Shown here: positions 44,218 to 53,372 of the stretch, one piece after another
How the letters are laid out: each line of letters begins with the position of its first letter
Numbering within the stretch: the first letter of the stretch is position 1
From: Patescibacteria group bacterium
GTDB taxonomy: Bacteria > Patescibacteriota > WWE3 > JAMCXX01
NCBI GenBank assembly: GCA_023474425.1
Contig: JAMCXX010000002.1
Span: 4,217 to 68,216, forward strand
Direction: 5' to 3'
DNA length: 64,000 nt
The notes under the pieces: generated by a model
Told to the model about the DNA's origin: nothing
The model's database searches: none
Seen by the model: the letters and a program-made list of their open reading frames with translations, nothing else
Position numbers and translations under genes: made by a program

Positions 44218-45279
44218 TTATTCCTCTTCCTCGGCGCCGACGACAATGGGAGACGGCTGGTCGCCTTTCTTAATAATCTGGCGGAGTTTCTTGTCTAAAT
44301 CTGAAGCCGCCTTGGCATTCTCTTTAAGATAGGCCACCGCCCCCTGCCTCCCTTGAGCGATTTTGGCTCCCTCATACTCAAACCAGGAACCGAGTTTCTT
44401 AACAAGTCCCATTTCCACTCCCACATCAATTAAGCTTCCCTCTCTGGAAATTCCGTGGGAAAAAATAATGTCGAATTCGGCCGTGCGGAATGGCGGAGCT
44501 ACCTTATTCTTAACAACCTTAACCCTCACCCGATTGCCGATGCTTACCTCCCCTTCTTTAATGGACTCAATCCTGCGTATATCCAAGCGCACCGATGAAT
44601 AAAATTTAAGAGCCAGTCCTCCGGGTGTAGTTTCCGGATTGCCGAACATTATGCCGATTTTCTGGCGGATTTGGTTGGTAAAAACCACGGTCGTGTTGGA
44701 TTTGGAAATGGCTCCGGTTAACTTTCTTAAGGCTTGACTCATAAGACGGGCCTGAAGACCTACAAAAGAATCGCCCATCTCGCCCTCAATTTCCGCCTTG
44801 GGTACGAGGGCCGCCACACTGTCTATGGCCACCACATCCACCGCGCCGGAGCGCACCAGAGTTTCGGCAATTTCTAAAGCCTGCTCGCCCGTGTCGGGCT
44901 GGGACAAAAGTAGGTCGGTGGTGTTGACTCCTATTTTTTCCGCGTATATGGGATCAAAAGCATGCTCAGCGTCAATAAAAGCGGCCGTACCGCCTATTTT
45001 CTGGGCTTCGGCCATAATATGCATTACGAGAGTCGTTTTACCCGAAGACTCCGGTCCGAAAATTTCGATAACCCGACCGCGCGGCACGCCGCCCACACCC
45101 AGAGCTAAATCTAGGGCAATAGAGCCGGTGGGAATTACCGGAATGTTATCCTCCCCGGTTTTCTCCCCCAGTTTCATAATGGAGCCCTTGCCAAAATTTT
45201 TTTCAATCGTCTCCATTGCCACTCTAAGGGCTTGGAGTTTGTTTTTATCAACTTTTTCCTGGATACCTTTGTCAGTCAT
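44218..45279 (-). CDS. recA: recombinase RecA
   Basis: GPESSGKTT Walker A and full-length RecA similarity. Confidence 0.95.
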   Translation of the reverse strand: MTDKGIQEKVDKNKLQALRVAMETIEKNFGKGSIMKLGEKTGEDNIPVIPTGSIALDLALGVGGVPRGRVIEIFGPESSGKTTLVMHIMAEAQKIGGTAAFIDAEHAFDPIYAEKIGVNTTDLLLSQPDTGEQALEIAETLVRSGAVDVVAIDSVAALVPKAEIEGEMGDSFVGLQARLMSQALRKLTGAISKSNTTVVFTNQIRQKIGIMFGNPETTPGGLALKFYSSVRLDIRRIESIKEGEVSIGNRVRVKVVKNKVAPPFRTAEFDIIFSHGISREGSLIDVGVEMGLVKKLGSWFEYEGAKIAQGRQGAVAYLKENAKAASDLDKKLRQIIKKGDQPSPIVVGAEEEE

Positions 45280-45353
45280 AGAATAAAGTAATGTTTGGAA
45301 TCGTCCGACTACCTACAAGAATCTTAAAGCATAATCCAGAGGGACGTCAATAA

Positions 45354-46493
45354 TCATTCGGACGCTCCCCTGACGGCTTTAGCGACCGTCTCGGCGACAC
45401 CGTCATCGAAAACCGAAGGAATAATTTTCTCTTCTGTGGGATCCTTGACCATACCGGCCAAAGCTTGAGCCGCGGAAATTTTCATTTTATCGGTGATTTG
45501 TTTAACGCGCGCATCTAACACTCCACGGAAAATCCCGGGAAAAGCCAAAACATTGTTGACCTGGTTAGGAAAATCGGACCTGCCGGTGGCCACAATCGCC
45601 GCTCCTCCCTTTTTGGCTTCATCGGGCATAATCTCCGGCACCGGGTTAGCCATGGCAAAAACTATCGCATTTTCGTTCATGGTCTTAACCATTTCGGCGC
45701 TGACCAGATTGGGTTGGGAAACGCCAATAAAAATATCGGCGCCTTTTATTGCCTCGGTCAGTAAACCGTTGACAAAGCTTCTGTTGGTAACTTTAGAAAT
45801 ACTTTCCTTAAACGGGTTCATCTCTGCTCTACCTTCGTAGATTGCCCCTTTTGAGTCACAAAGAATAATATCTTTTATTCCAAAATTTAAAAGCAATTTA
45901 GTTACGGCCAGACCGGCGGCCCCGGCCCCGGAGATGACGATTTTCATAACCCCTAAGTTTTTATTGACAACTTTGGCGGCGTTAATTAAAGCGGCCAAAA
46001 CCACAATGGCCGTGCCATGCTGGTCATCATGAAATACAGGAATCCCCATTTCTGCTTTGAGCCGTTCCTCTATTTCAAAGCAACGCGGCGCCGAAATGTC
46101 CTCCAAATTTACGCCTCCGAAAACCGGCTCCAAAAGCTTGACGGCTTTAATAATTTCTTCGCTGTCTTGGGTTTTTAAACAAATGGGAAAAGCGTCCACT
46201 CCGCCAAATTTTTTAAAAAGAATAGCTTTTCCTTCCATAACCGGAAGCGAAGCCTCCGGGCCAATGTTGCCCAAACCCAAAACCGCCGAACCGTCGGTGA
46301 CCACGGCCACCATGTTTCCCTTATCAGTGTAGTCATAGATCCGGGACCTATCGCGGGCGATTGCCAAACTGACCTCGGCCACACCCGGGGTGTAAGCGAG
46401 AGATAAATCCTGCCGGGAAGACAGGGGGACTTTTGATTCCACGGCAATTTTGCCCTTAAATCTTTTGTGAAGCTCCAGTGCTTTTGACTCCAT
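45354..46493 (-). CDS. NAD(P)-dependent malic enzyme
   Basis: Short (379 aa) malic enzyme form with the DDQHGTAIV and ISGAGAAG motifs. Confidence 0.9.
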   Translation of the reverse strand: MESKALELHKRFKGKIAVESKVPLSSRQDLSLAYTPGVAEVSLAIARDRSRIYDYTDKGNMVAVVTDGSAVLGLGNIGPEASLPVMEGKAILFKKFGGVDAFPICLKTQDSEEIIKAVKLLEPVFGGVNLEDISAPRCFEIEERLKAEMGIPVFHDDQHGTAIVVLAALINAAKVVNKNLGVMKIVISGAGAAGLAVTKLLLNFGIKDIILCDSKGAIYEGRAEMNPFKESISKVTNRSFVNGLLTEAIKGADIFIGVSQPNLVSAEMVKTMNENAIVFAMANPVPEIMPDEAKKGGAAIVATGRSDFPNQVNNVLAFPGIFRGVLDARVKQITDKMKISAAQALAGMVKDPTEEKIIPSVFDDGVAETVAKAVRGASE

Positions 46494-46550
46494 AAATAGC
46501 TTTATTCCAAATTATTCTAACACGGGCGGATACGACAAAGGCCGGAATTA

Positions 46551-46960
46551 TAACCGGGTTTTTCTTAAAGACAAGGCGTTGAGAACGACATCGCCGGCTT
46601 CCACGGCCACGTCCGTGCCGGCGCCAATGGCCACCCCCCACATCGGCTTGAGTCAAAGCCGGAGCGTCGTTGACGCCGTCACCGACCATCAAAACAACGT
46701 TGGATAACCGCGGGCTCCCGACAAAATAATTCTCCCCGTTAAAGTCGGCTTCCATTCCCCGACCGGGCAAATTCCTGACCGAATCAAGATCGGGAATAGC
46801 AATTTTCTTCTCCTTGGCATAGTCAACGATCGCCCGGCCAATCACGTGCGAGGAACGGCTTTCGATAGCGGCGGCTATTTTTAGAACTTCCGACTCCCCG
46901 GCGGCAAACGCAATTTTTGCGAAAGACCGGTCGAAAGCTTGGTCAGGAGGTCAGCTGAGA
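46551..46960 (-). pseudogene. decayed heavy-metal P-type ATPase remnant
   Basis: The minus strand encodes ...AAAIESRSSHVIGRAIV...GRGMEADFNG...VVLMVGDGVNDAPALTQADVG. A frameshift at a G6 run follows, then VAIGAGTDVAVEAGDVVL and an early stop. The N-terminal roughly 400 aa, the DKTGT region and the last TM helices are missing. Confidence 0.75.
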
Positions 46961-47139
46961 CAACAAGAACAGTCAGACTCGCCAGAAAAACCAGTAGTTG
47001 TAAATAAGGGAAACCCATTAGATGAAATTATAAACTTCTCCGGACAGACGTCTACGGTTTTTAATCCTGTGTGACACACATTGAAGCTTTGTCCGTCTCA
47101 GTCTTTATTTTCTGAGTTTGCCTATTAATTTTATGAACT

Positions 47140-47415
47140 CTATTTACCACTTGCTTTTTCCCAGGACCAACCGAAAAGATAACCGATTAGCCAGGAACTA
47201 ATGGTTAGTGATATTCCTCCGAGCAGGAAGTTTCCAAGATCCAGCTTAAACGAGCCAAGCGGAGAAAGATTTAATCCATGGAACCACCAACTTGTTATAG
47301 TCACAGAAAAATCAGGCAGTAAAAGCACAAAGGCTGAACAGACCACCCAAGCGATACCTGTTGCTAAGGCAAAAGCATTGGCCAGTGTTACTTTTTCTAA
47401 TTTCACTATCGTCAC
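47140..47415 (-). CDS. small 3-TM membrane protein
   Basis: 91-aa ORF in the AT-richer segment. It has a GTG start next to GGAAGGAGG, and 47406 is a possible alternative start. Confidence 0.5.
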   Translation of the reverse strand: MTIVKLEKVTLANAFALATGIAWVVCSAFVLLLPDFSVTITSWWFHGLNLSPLGSFKLDLGNFLLGGISLTISSWLIGYLFGWSWEKASGK

Positions 47416-47470
47416 CTCCTTCCTATCGTCCTCGCTCCCACCAAAAATTCATAAATAGAAAAGTTTAATC

Positions 47471-47497
47471 TTGACTAATACCCCCCGGGGGTATAAT
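47471..47497 (+). promoter_or_regulatory. promoter with an embedded CsoR-type operator
   Basis: TTGACT at the -35 position, then ATACCCCC-C-GGGGGTAT (47478-47494) overlapping TATAAT/TAATAT. Confidence 0.6.
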
Positions 47498-47507
47498 ATG
47501 AGCATAT

Positions 47508-47777
47508 ATGAAAAAAGGTAAAAGTGTCAAGAGTGCGGCGCAAAGACGGATTAGTATCATTAAAGGACAACTTGATGGCCTGCTTAGGATGATTAGTGAA
47601 GATGAGTACTGCATAAATTTACTTAACCAAAGTTTAGCTATTCAAAATTCTATTAAAAGTCTGGATGCGCTTCTTCTAGAAAGACATTTAAATACCCATG
47701 TTTCAGAACAATTTCAAAAAGAAAGAGACAGAGCAGTTGAAGAATTGCTACGATTATTTAAAAGAGTTCATCAATAG
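47508..47777 (+). CDS. CsoR/RcnR-family metal-sensing repressor
   Basis: 89-aa all-helical protein with DEYCINLLNQSLAIQNSI. In the last ligand region, HLNTHV replaces the usual H...C. Confidence 0.85.
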   Translation: MKKGKSVKSAAQRRISIIKGQLDGLLRMISEDEYCINLLNQSLAIQNSIKSLDALLLERHLNTHVSEQFQKERDRAVEELLRLFKRVHQ

Positions 47778-47780
47778 TCT

Positions 47781-50018
47781 ATGAAAAAATATACCTGTCC
47801 AATGCATCCCGAAGTACAAGGTGATAAAGAGGGTAAATGCCCAAAATGTGGCATGACCTTGGTAGAACAGGATTTGAGAATGCATCATGGAACGGAAACT
47901 GCAAACCAAACCGCTCATGCTCCAAAAGAAACAGCCCATGTAGGTCAAGGGGTTATTTATACTTGTCCCATGGATCCTGATATTGTGTCACAAACTCCCG
48001 GAGAATGCCCTAAATGTGGAATGAAACTTGCACCTATGAATTCTTCGCCTGAAGGACATGAGGACCATTCATCAATGGAAAAAGATTTTAGAAAGCGTTT
48101 TTTTATTACTTTGCCTGCTGTTTTGATAACAATGCTGCTTTCACCGAATATTCAGAAGTGGCTTCATTTTAGTCTAAATTTTCCGGGTATCACCTGGGTA
48201 CTTTTTGCTTTAGGTACTTTCATCTTCTTTTTTGGTGGACTACCATTCTTCAAAGCTGCCAAGGGCGAATTATCACATAAAAATCCTGGAATGATGACTT
48301 TAGTAGCTTTTGCTATAACAGTTGGTTATACTTTTTCCGTTGCCGCCACATTTCTTTTTCCTGGCGAGTCCTTATATTGGGAGATATCTACTCTAATTTC
48401 AGTGTTTCTCCTAGGCCACTGGCTGGAAATGAGAGCTGTTAGGGGTGCTACAGGCGCTTTAGCGGAACTGGCTAAACTTATTCCTCCATCAGCTCATCTT
48501 ATTCAAAACGGAAGTATTAAAGATACCCAAACCAGCGAACTAAAAATAAATGACAGAGTACTGGTCAAACCCGGAGAAAAAATCCCCATTGATGGCGTTG
48601 TTATAGACGGAGAAAGCTCAGTCAATGAATCAATGGTGACAGGTGAATCAAGGCCAATAGATAAAAAAATTGGTGGCAAGGTAATCGGTGGAACAATTAA
48701 TCAGGATGGGTCACTTACTATTGAAGTTTCCAAAACCGGCGCTGATACAGCAATTTCTCAAATTATGAAGTTAATAAGAGAAGCTCAGGGTTCCAAACCC
48801 AATGTTCAATATCTGGCAGATCGGGCAGCCGCGGTATTGTTTTATGTAGCTGTTCTAGCTGGAGTAGCTTCATTTATCACTTGGGCGTTTATTTTGCCGC
48901 ATGGAGTTGTCTTCGCGGCCACTGTGGCGGTAGCTGCTATTGTTGTCGCTTGTCCTCATGCTTTAGGTCTTGCTATTCCGACAGTTACAACCATTACTTC
49001 CACTCTGGGTGCCAAAAACGGCATCTTGATAAAGGATATGAAAGGTTTAGAAATTGCCAGAAAATTAAACTACGTGGTTTTTGATAAAACAGGAACTTTG
49101 ACAAAAGGAGAATTTGGAGTAACAGATATTGTGCTAAATCCGCAATCAGACATTAAAAACCAAAACGAGCTATTAAGGCTGGCCGCCTCTGTTGAAGTTG
49201 TATCCCAACACTCGATCGCCCAAGGGATTGTTAACGACGCAAAGAATAAAAAATTAGACATCTCAAATGCCAAGGAATTTAAATCTTTTCCAGGTAAAGG
49301 AGCAAAGGGAAAAATTGACAATAAAGTGGTTGTTGTGGGCAATAAAACTTTGATGGAAGAATTAAAGGCAGGAACTGGAAATTTCAAGGTCGAAAGAGAA
49401 GCTAATACTTTAGTTTATGTCGCCGTAGATAATAAACTGGCTGGGGTAATCCTGTTGGCAGATATTATCAGAAAAGAATCGAAAGAGGCAGTTAAGAAAT
49501 TGCATGAAATGGGAATAAAAACAGCTATGCTGACAGGTGATACTCAGGATGTAGCCAATGAGGTAGGGAAACAATTAGACATGGACACTGTCTTTGCTCA
49601 AGTATTACCTGAGGATAAAGTTAATAAGGTAAAGGAATTACAAAGTAGAGGGAATATTGTGGCGATGGTGGGCGACGGGGTCAATGATGCGCCATCTTTA
49701 ACTCAATCTCATGTAGGTATTGCAATTGGGGCAGGAACAGATGTGGCGGTTGAGTCTGCAGGAATAGTATTGATGAAAAACGATCCCATGGATGTAGTCA
49801 AAGCAATTTCTCTAAGCCGTAAGACCAATAGCAAAATGGTGCAAAATTTAGCCTGGGCTACAGGATATAACGTTTTTGCTATACCCACAGCTGCCGGAGT
49901 CCTTTACCCATCATTTGGTATTTTGCTTAGGCCCGAATGGGCAGCGCTTTTAATGAGCGCTTCATCAATCATTGTTGTTTTTAACGCTCTACTTTTAAGA
50001 AGAGCAAAACTTGATTAA
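47781..50018 (+). CDS. heavy-metal (copper) P1B-type ATPase with a CPH motif and two N-terminal CxxC...CPKCG zinc-ribbon-like metal-binding domains
   Basis: YTCPMHPEV...CPKCGM and YTCPMDPDI...CPKCGM at the N-terminus, TM6 VACPHALG, FDKTGTLT and GDGVNDAP. Confidence 0.9.
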   Translation: MKKYTCPMHPEVQGDKEGKCPKCGMTLVEQDLRMHHGTETANQTAHAPKETAHVGQGVIYTCPMDPDIVSQTPGECPKCGMKLAPMNSSPEGHEDHSSMEKDFRKRFFITLPAVLITMLLSPNIQKWLHFSLNFPGITWVLFALGTFIFFFGGLPFFKAAKGELSHKNPGMMTLVAFAITVGYTFSVAATFLFPGESLYWEISTLISVFLLGHWLEMRAVRGATGALAELAKLIPPSAHLIQNGSIKDTQTSELKINDRVLVKPGEKIPIDGVVIDGESSVNESMVTGESRPIDKKIGGKVIGGTINQDGSLTIEVSKTGADTAISQIMKLIREAQGSKPNVQYLADRAAAVLFYVAVLAGVASFITWAFILPHGVVFAATVAVAAIVVACPHALGLAIPTVTTITSTLGAKNGILIKDMKGLEIARKLNYVVFDKTGTLTKGEFGVTDIVLNPQSDIKNQNELLRLAASVEVVSQHSIAQGIVNDAKNKKLDISNAKEFKSFPGKGAKGKIDNKVVVVGNKTLMEELKAGTGNFKVEREANTLVYVAVDNKLAGVILLADIIRKESKEAVKKLHEMGIKTAMLTGDTQDVANEVGKQLDMDTVFAQVLPEDKVNKVKELQSRGNIVAMVGDGVNDAPSLTQSHVGIAIGAGTDVAVESAGIVLMKNDPMDVVKAISLSRKTNSKMVQNLAWATGYNVFAIPTAAGVLYPSFGILLRPEWAALLMSASSIIVVFNALLLRRAKLD

Positions 50019-50034
50019 AAAGGAGGTGAATTTA

Positions 50035-50223
50035 ATGTTTGGATTTTTACAAAACGTTACTGATCCTATTTGCAAAATGAAGGTGGATAAGAATAAAACA
50101 AAATATTCTTCAGAATACAAAGGTGATAAGTTCTATTTTTGCTCGGAAAGTTGTAAAAGCCAATTCGATGCCAAACCTGAGGATTTTGTAAAAGATAACA
50201 CCACAAATAAATCTTGCTGTTAA
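50035..50223 (+). CDS. YHS-domain protein ending in a Cys-Cys pair
   Basis: SD AAGGAGGTG. CKMKVDK...YFCSESCK (YHS/TRASH-like). The C-terminus is KSCC. Confidence 0.75.
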   Translation: MFGFLQNVTDPICKMKVDKNKTKYSSEYKGDKFYFCSESCKSQFDAKPEDFVKDNTTNKSCC

Positions 50224-50234
50224 GTTAAGCTAAT

Positions 50235-51644
50235 CTAAACGCAACAGCTTAGTTTAGAAATATCTGTTGTAAATGACAAAGCCGCAATCTTTATGCTTTC
50301 TGAAAGCGTTGGGAACATTGGAAGAGAGTTAATAACATCATCAATAGTGTCCTTATTTTTAATAAGCATCATAGCTTCTGCAATCAGTTCTCCTGCGTTA
50401 GGAGCCAAGATATGAATCCCCATAATTTGTTTTGTCTCCGGATGAATTGCCATTTTGATTAATCCCTCAGTTCTATTAAGTATTAAAGCCTTTGGAACAT
50501 CTTTGAAAGAAACAGTTTTGCACATACAAGTACCAAACTTTTCCATTTGTTGCTCTTCTGTAAATCCTACCCCTGCCAGTTGGGGATCAGTAAAAATTGT
50601 CCAGGGAATGGAATTATAATCAATGCTATTTTGAGTATTCTTTAGTGCATTTTCAGCAGCTAGTGTTCCTTCTCGTCCTGCTGTTGGCTCAAGTCTTAGT
50701 GGGCCATTAGATATATCACCAACAGCATATATGTGAGATTGTGAGGTTTGAAAGTTGGGATTAACCTTTATAGCTTGCTTTTCATCTACCTCAACACCAG
50801 CTTTATCTAAACTCAAACCTTGAGTGTTTGGAGTTTTGCCGGTGGCAAGTAGTATCTCATTTGCCGATACCTCTTCTTGCTTGTCTCCAATCATACAAGT
50901 AAGTACCTTTTTACTACCTTCTTTGCGGGCAGATTTGACTTGAACATTTGTTTTAATGGTTATACCTTCTTTGGTAAGTATTTCGGCTAATCTGTCAGTC
51001 AACTCTTTTTCTGCAGGAGGAAAGATAGAGACATTTCTTTGTAAAATAGTAACTTTAGCACCAAAGCGAGCGTACATTTGGGCAAACTCAAGCCCTAGCG
51101 GACCCGCACCAACTACAATAAGTTCCTTGGGCTGCTTCTTAATCCGTAAAGCCTCAATGTGGGTTAAGTACCCAACTTCTTGTATCTTCTCAATGGGTGG
51201 TACAGTGGCAGTTGAACCGGCTGCAATAATAAATTTCTTCGCCTGATACTCTTGCCCATTAACTTTAATTTCATTAGGAGATACAAATTGAGCTTTTCCC
51301 TCTGCATGAATAACATTTTCTAGCCGGCTTAATACCTTTTCATATTTTTCTTCTCTTAATTTAGTTACCAAATCAAGCTCATGTTGGACAACTTGAGCGA
51401 AATCAAAGTTTTTAACCTCAATATCAATACCGGGAATGTTATGGTTTCGCGCCAAATGCATTACTTCTCCAGCCCAGAGAAGAGTTTTTGAGGGCACACA
51501 GCCAACATTGACACAAGTTCCGCCTAAGGGGAGGCCTTGATTTACCAGCAGAGTTTTAGCTTTTAACTCATTCGCTTTAATAGCAGAAGCAAAGGCCCCA
51601 GCTCCGCCTCCGATAATGATTAAATCGAATGTGTTATCGAGCAT
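50235..51644 (-). CDS. merA: mercuric reductase-like pyridine nucleotide-disulfide oxidoreductase (no NmerA domain)
   Basis: Redox site GGTCVNVGCVPSK and C-terminal ...LSCCV (the MerA-type vicinal Cys pair). Confidence 0.7.
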   Translation of the reverse strand: MLDNTFDLIIIGGGAGAFASAIKANELKAKTLLVNQGLPLGGTCVNVGCVPSKTLLWAGEVMHLARNHNIPGIDIEVKNFDFAQVVQHELDLVTKLREEKYEKVLSRLENVIHAEGKAQFVSPNEIKVNGQEYQAKKFIIAAGSTATVPPIEKIQEVGYLTHIEALRIKKQPKELIVVGAGPLGLEFAQMYARFGAKVTILQRNVSIFPPAEKELTDRLAEILTKEGITIKTNVQVKSARKEGSKKVLTCMIGDKQEEVSANEILLATGKTPNTQGLSLDKAGVEVDEKQAIKVNPNFQTSQSHIYAVGDISNGPLRLEPTAGREGTLAAENALKNTQNSIDYNSIPWTIFTDPQLAGVGFTEEQQMEKFGTCMCKTVSFKDVPKALILNRTEGLIKMAIHPETKQIMGIHILAPNAGELIAEAMMLIKNKDTIDDVINSLPMFPTLSESIKIAALSFTTDISKLSCCV

Positions 51645-51732
51645 AATTTAGAAATAATCTACTATATTTAATTACAACAAAATTATTTGAGGGTGTTTCC
51701 ATAGGCGAAATACCAGGGGAAACATTAAATTT

Positions 51733-52341
51733 TTACTTTGGCCGATTAATTCCTCGCCAAAAGTAGATTATTCCAAGGACAAGGAAAACAGTTACCAATA
51801 TCCATGTTAAAAGACCGAGTATGCTCCATGAGCCAAAAGCACCATTCATCATATTACCCCAGCCAGAGTTCCCCATCATTGAGGACCAGCCATTTCCCCA
51901 TGATTGATTGTTGGTATTCCACCCACTCATCATACCGCCAAAACCTCCCATCATTGGCATAAAATAAGAATATCCTTGGGGAAAAGAAGCATTGACGTCG
52001 CAACCGCTCAGCCTCCTGCCCATGGCAATATGCATCTGGCGATCACCGTTTTGGCCCAGCCTTTGTGTCATGAGGTTGTCCATGTAGTCATGGCTGGATC
52101 CCATCATTGAACCCATGAAGAAGTCACCGAGCTTGTCAAAATCATCGTCGGTCAAATCTTTACAGTTCAGCTGTTTGGCGGAAAGCTTATCCCAAATCGC
52201 CTTGCCGGCAGCGTCTTCAGAAGAATTTTGCGCTGAAGAGCTCGCTGATCCGGTCGGATAACCCATCATCTGTGCACGTGCACTCGCCGCAGAGAAATAA
52301 ATTACAACGAATAGGAAAGTAAGTAGTAGAATTTTTTTCAT
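51733..52341 (-). CDS. secreted Met/Gly/Trp/Asn-rich protein with a C-terminal TM anchor
   Basis: Start MKKILLL follows AGGAG. Repeats such as MMGGFGGMMSGW and SSMMGNSGWGNMMNG are present. Confidence 0.55.
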   Translation of the reverse strand: MKKILLLTFLFVVIYFSAASARAQMMGYPTGSASSSAQNSSEDAAGKAIWDKLSAKQLNCKDLTDDDFDKLGDFFMGSMMGSSHDYMDNLMTQRLGQNGDRQMHIAMGRRLSGCDVNASFPQGYSYFMPMMGGFGGMMSGWNTNNQSWGNGWSSMMGNSGWGNMMNGAFGSWSILGLLTWILVTVFLVLGIIYFWRGINRPK

Positions 52342-52397
52342 AGCTCCTAGATTCAACTTTTTACAACTGATACTTTTATTGACTGCCCTTCTAAAAC

Positions 52398-53372
52398 CTA
52401 AACTCCACAACTTGAACTCTGCCGGGAGGTGTCAGATCCAGCACTTTGTGCTATCTCTTTTTTAATATTTTGCCAACCACTTGCGGAAGAGTAGTTGCGT
52501 CCCAAAATCTCCTGACCGGAGACTTGTGAAAAACTCTCTCCCTTCCGACTCTGAAAATACAGAGCCAGGTCGTAGTAGTTTTCGGGAAACCAAAAAGCGT
52601 TAAAATACTTGGCGGCTTCCCCCATTTCACTTTCCGAAGCGCCGTTGCCGGCCAAAAGCTCCAAAACTCCCAAAAGAGCCATCCCGTGATTGCAGTCGGG
52701 GAAAGAGGCCGGATTATCACAGCAGGGGCGGTAAACACCCGACGCAACCTTCTCTACCAAAGCTTCCTGCTCAACCGTTAACGGTATTAGATCTGCATCC
52801 GCATAGTAATTCAAAGCGTTACCTTTCCCTAAAGTCCAGCCGCCGGTTGAGGCGAAACCGCCCAATGGCTCTTTACCGTATTTTATCATTTGACCCCCAC
52901 TCAAAATTTTTGATTTATTAGCCAGCCCCAGCGCCCAGAAAAAATTAAGGAGAAACGGCGCGTTCTGACGGTCAATTTTCACTTTCCCCGGCGAACCTCT
53001 GGTCAAAACCGCCAACTCACCGTCCGTCAGCTCCCGGCCGTTATTTTTGTATGCATCCTCAAATTTAGTCAGATCAATAACTCCCAAATCAATCATTTGC
53101 GGGCCCAAATTACCGAAGGGAGCATCAATTCCATACCCCTTCTCGGGATTTATCCCGCTGAAAATCTTCTCACGGCGGTCGGCCGAACCGACCGCCGCCG
53201 GCGTCGGCGGTGCCTCTTTCAACAAAGCCCGACCGGATGCCGGGTGAGCAAAGCCCGGCTTTACCAGAAGAAGAACGTTCAATCCCAGGCTGCCGGCAAG
53301 AAGAATAAATCCATAGGACTCAACAAATTCGGCCAGATTACTTTTCAGTCTTTTCAAAGAAAACTTAATCAT
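52398..53372 (-). CDS. hypothetical exported protein with a CCDNPASFPDCNHG Cys/His cluster
   Basis: N-terminal TM segment. 324 aa. No family recognised. Confidence 0.5.
   Translation of the reverse strand: MIKFSLKRLKSNLAEFVESYGFILLAGSLGLNVLLLVKPGFAHPASGRALLKEAPPTPAAVGSADRREKIFSGINPEKGYGIDAPFGNLGPQMIDLGVIDLTKFEDAYKNNGRELTDGELAVLTRGSPGKVKIDRQNAPFLLNFFWALGLANKSKILSGGQMIKYGKEPLGGFASTGGWTLGKGNALNYYADADLIPLTVEQEALVEKVASGVYRPCCDNPASFPDCNHGMALLGVLELLAGNGASESEMGEAAKYFNAFWFPENYYDLALYFQSRKGESFSQVSGQEILGRNYSSASGWQNIKKEIAQSAGSDTSRQSSSCGV

Noticed and set aside
46881-47018. 45-aa ORF (MGFPYLQLLVFLASLTVLVVSADLL...) considered as a real small membrane protein.
   Set aside because: It sits inside the decayed region and overlaps the ATPase pseudogene frame. 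It has no clear SD and is more likely a stranded gene fragment, so it is reported only within the pseudogene finding.
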